This document shows positions 61,095 to 64,000 of a DNA stretch of 64,000 nt, piece by piece. The translations under genes and the position numbers were made by a program. Every line of letters starts with the position of its first letter. Positions within the stretch are counted from its first letter, which is position 1. The notes under the pieces were generated by a model. That model saw only the letters and a program-made list of their open reading frames with translations, did not search any database and had not been told where the DNA came from. The DNA is from an uncultured delta proteobacterium (GTDB lineage: Bacteria > Desulfobacterota > Desulfobacteria > Desulfobacterales > UBA2156). The stretch spans positions 32,001 to 96,000 of the forward strand of contig CAVTQK010000008.1 in the NCBI GenBank assembly GCA_963736855.1, in the 5' to 3' direction.

Positions 61095-64000
61095 ACGCAT
61101 CGGATTTTATATATGCCACTGCGGCATCAATATCGCTTACCGGGTCAGGGTTCAGGAAGTGGCCGAGTATGTGGCGAAATTGCCGAATGTGGCAATCTCA
61201 AGGGATTACCTTTTCATGTGTTCCGATCCCGGCCAGGAACTCATTGAAAAAGATATTCGAGAGCATCACCTCACCCGCGTTATCGTGGCTTCCTGTTCTC
61301 CGCGGATGCATGAAAAAACCTTCCGGGCAGCTTGCCAGAGGGCGGGGCTCAACCCTTACCGGGCGTTTCATATGGTATGCGTGCGCGAACATGTTTCGTG
61401 GGTCACCGAAAGTGAAGACGAAGCCACCGAAAAGGCCAAAAATCTGGCCAGAGCCGGTATCTTGCGTGTGGTGCATCAAAGCGATTTAACCCCTGCCACA
61501 TTCCCGGTATGCACCAATACCCTGATTGTGGGAGGAGGAATCGCCGGCATGCAGGCAGCCCTTGATGTGGCCAAGGCCGGATTTAAAGCCTATCTGGTTG
61601 AACGACAACCCACGATCGGCGGGCACATGCTCCAGTACGACAAGACCTTCCCCACCCTTGACTGCGCGGCGTGTATCGGCACGCCAAAAATGGTCTCCGT
61701 GGGTCAGGAATCCCGGATCCGATTGCTGACTTACAGCGAAGTTGAAAACGTCAGCGGCTTCATCGGCAACTTCAAGGTAAGCGTCCGACGAAAAGCCCGC
61801 TACGTCGAAACGAATTGCACCGGATGCGGCGAGTGTGAAAAGGCCTGCCCCATCGATTTTCCCAATCTCTGGGATGTGAACACGAAAACCCGGAAGGCAA
61901 TCTATCGGCCTTTCCCCCAGGCCGTACCGATCACCTACTGCATCGATAAATACGACCGCGCTCCCTGTGTTCAGACCTGCCCGGCCGGAACCAACGTGCA
62001 AGGTTACGTCGCGCTGATAAAGGCGGGCAAATACCGGGAAGCGTTGAGCCTGATCATGGAACACCTGCCCTTGCCCGGAACCCTGGGCCGCGTCTGCCCG
62101 GCACCGTGTGAACACGTCTGTCGCAGATCCGAAGTGGATGAGGCCGTCGCCATCCGCGATCTGAAGCGATTTGCAGCAGACCAGGTGGATCTTCTGGAAT
62201 TGCCGCTGCCGGATATCCAAGACCGGCCTGAAAAAGTGGCCGTGATCGGATCCGGTCCGGCCGGCCTCACGGCGGCGCATTACTTGCGGCTGAAAGGCTA
62301 CCAGATCACCATTTTTGAGGCACTTCCGGTACTGGGAGGCATGCTCCGTGTGGGCATCCCCGACTACCGGCTTCCTCCGGAAATCCTGGATCGTGAAATC
62401 CAAAACACGCTCCGAATGGGAATCCAGACCCAGACGAATCAGAAGTTTGGGGTCGATTTCTGTCTCGACGACCTCAGAAAACAGGGATTTAAAGCTATCT
62501 TCCTTGGAATCGGCGCCCACCGCAGCCTGAAGCTGGGCGTTCACGGCGAGGAAGATTTCCAGGGCGTGATGGATGCGGTCGATTTTCTCAGGGAAGTAAA
62601 TCTGGGCCGCCGGGAACCTCCCGGCAAACGGGCGGCGATCATCGGCGGGGGCAATGTGGCCGTCGATGCCGCTCGGGCCGCTTTGAGAACCGGTTGTGGA
62701 CAAGTGGATATCGTCTATCGTCGCAGCAGAGAGGAGATGCCCGCTTATCTGGAAGAAATCGAAGGAGCCCTCGCCGAGGGTGTGAAAATCCATTTTCTGA
62801 CAGCGCCGATCTCGATCCGGGGGGAAGGCGGCAGGGTCGTCGGGTTGGAATGCATCCGGACCGAATTGGGCCCCCCTGATGAAAGCGGGCGGCGGCGTCC
62901 TGTACCGGTGAAGGGTTCCGAGTTTATTATCGAATCCGATGCGATCATACCTGCCATCGGGCAGCAACCCGACTTTGACTGGCCGGTGGAAAAACAGATC
63001 GTGGAACTCACGAGGCGCAAGACGATATCGGTGAATCCGCAAACCATGCAGACCAGCATTCCTGATGTATTCGGAGGAGGCGATGCGGTAAGCGGGCCTG
63101 CAACGGTGATCGAAGCCGTAGCCGCAGGCCGAAAGGCGGCAGAAGCAATCCATTCCTATATCATGGGAGAAGATATGGAAAGCTACGCCAAAAAAGCTGC
63201 CGCCAAGGAACCTCTCGGCCAAAATTGGAGAGAAATCTCCAAAACCACCCTTAAAAAAGAGAAAGCCCGGCTGCCGCATCGTGATGCATCCGAAAGCGCC
63301 GCCTCTTTTGCAGAAGTGATGTCGGGCTTTGGTGAGACGCAGGCTCGAGAGGAAGCGGCCCGCTGTGTCAATTGCGGCGGATGCTGTGAATGCAAGCTCT
63401 GCGTGAGCGCCTGTGAGGCCAAGGCGGTCAACCACTCCATGAAGGATGAGATAGAAGAAATCGAGGTGGGTTCCATCATCGTCGCCACCGGTTTCGATCC
63501 TCTCGATCCGACACCGATCCGGCAATATGGATATGGTCAGCACGCCAATGTCTTTACCAATCTGGAATTCGAACGGTTGTCGAACGCGACAGGACCGACA
63601 AGGGGGAAACTGCTGAAACGGGATACGAAGGATCGTTTAAGATTCACCGAGCCCCCGAAAAGCGTGGCGATCCTTCACTGTATCGGAAGCCGTGACAAGA
63701 ACTACCATGAGTACTGTTCGCGCACCTGCTGTATGTATGCGCTCAAATATGCCCATCTTATTAAAGACAAGTGCGGACACGATACCGAAGTCTACAATTT
63801 TTATATCGACATGCGCTGTTTCGGCAAAGGATATGAGGAATTCTACAAGCGCGTCCAGAGCGAAGGGGTGCGGATGGTCCGCGGCAAAGCCTCCCGGGTA
63901 GATGAAAAGGACGGAATGCTGATCGTCACCGCCGAGGATACGCTTTCCGACAGAATGCTGAAAATCCCCGTGGAGATGGTAATTCTTTGTACCGCGATGG
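61087..64000 (+). CDS. hdrA: Large HdrA-like flavoprotein with inserted GltD/NfnB-like NAD(P)H module (HdrL type); 3' truncated
   Basis: Not in ORF track (no stop in window): MSERIGFYICHCG, ASCSPRMH, GGGIAG, DKTFPTLDC, GSGPAG, GGGNVA, YCSRTCC. Confidence 0.9.
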   Translation, partial: MSERIGFYICHCGINIAYRVRVQEVAEYVAKLPNVAISRDYLFMCSDPGQELIEKDIREHHLTRVIVASCSPRMHEKTFRAACQRAGLNPYRAFHMVCVREHVSWVTESEDEATEKAKNLARAGILRVVHQSDLTPATFPVCTNTLIVGGGIAGMQAALDVAKAGFKAYLVERQPTIGGHMLQYDKTFPTLDCAACIGTPKMVSVGQESRIRLLTYSEVENVSGFIGNFKVSVRRKARYVETNCTGCGECEKACPIDFPNLWDVNTKTRKAIYRPFPQAVPITYCIDKYDRAPCVQTCPAGTNVQGYVALIKAGKYREALSLIMEHLPLPGTLGRVCPAPCEHVCRRSEVDEAVAIRDLKRFAADQVDLLELPLPDIQDRPEKVAVIGSGPAGLTAAHYLRLKGYQITIFEALPVLGGMLRVGIPDYRLPPEILDREIQNTLRMGIQTQTNQKFGVDFCLDDLRKQGFKAIFLGIGAHRSLKLGVHGEEDFQGVMDAVDFLREVNLGRREPPGKRAAIIGGGNVAVDAARAALRTGCGQVDIVYRRSREEMPAYLEEIEGALAEGVKIHFLTAPISIRGEGGRVVGLECIRTELGPPDESGRRRPVPVKGSEFIIESDAIIPAIGQQPDFDWPVEKQIVELTRRKTISVNPQTMQTSIPDVFGGGDAVSGPATVIEAVAAGRKAAEAIHSYIMGEDMESYAKKAAAKEPLGQNWREISKTTLKKEKARLPHRDASESAASFAEVMSGFGETQAREEAARCVNCGGCCECKLCVSACEAKAVNHSMKDEIEEIEVGSIIVATGFDPLDPTPIRQYGYGQHANVFTNLEFERLSNATGPTRGKLLKRDTKDRLRFTEPPKSVAILHCIGSRDKNYHEYCSRTCCMYALKYAHLIKDKCGHDTEVYNFYIDMRCFGKGYEEFYKRVQSEGVRMVRGKASRVDEKDGMLIVTAEDTLSDRMLKIPVEMVILCTAM

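Noticed and set aside
61486..63543. 685-aa minus-strand ORF
   Set aside because: Antisense shadow of the plus-strand hdrA, which the track omitted because it lacks a stop in the window.
1..64000. CRISPR array, rRNA or tRNA genes
   Set aside because: No regularly spaced repeats or full cloverleaf seen; the tRNA-like T-arm/CCA sequences belong to tmRNA and its att duplicate.
61087..64000. Selenocysteine in HdrA
   Set aside because: The usual site reads DCAAC, and I saw no in-frame UGA in the visible part.

Overview
Bacterial chromosome segment, most likely from an anaerobic Desulfobacterota (sulfate-reducer-type) organism, judged from gene content (HdrA/QmoC-like proteins, many sigma54 regulators, selenoprotein signals). 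It has three zones. (1) About 0.8-14.8 kb is a visibly AT-rich accessory block: Usp, cytidylate-kinase-like proteins, TauE and SulP anion transporters, a sensor kinase and NtrC pair, a Lon protease with an inserted receiver domain, and an IS91 relic. (2) 14.8-24.5 kb is a ~9.7 kb island integrated at the 3' end of tmRNA. It has a 31-bp att duplication, putative arm-type and IHF sites, a decayed integrase, RelE TA, IHF, sensor kinases and a hidden selenoprotein. (3) 24.5-64 kb is core-like: ssrA-smpB-ptsI-ptsH, a hidden two-UGA glutaredoxin-like selenoprotein, a Liv-type ABC/acyl-CoA ligase operon, a TPR adenylate cyclase unit, a branched/short-chain acyl-CoA cluster with icmF, and a sigma54-driven QmoC-HdrD fusion plus a large HdrA/HdrL running off the end. 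The best candidates for new biology are the phospho-receiver Lon protease module, two unannotated selenoproteins, an uncharacterised Cys/His output domain and an HPr with a natural S46D. All calls come from reading the sequence; no searches were run.
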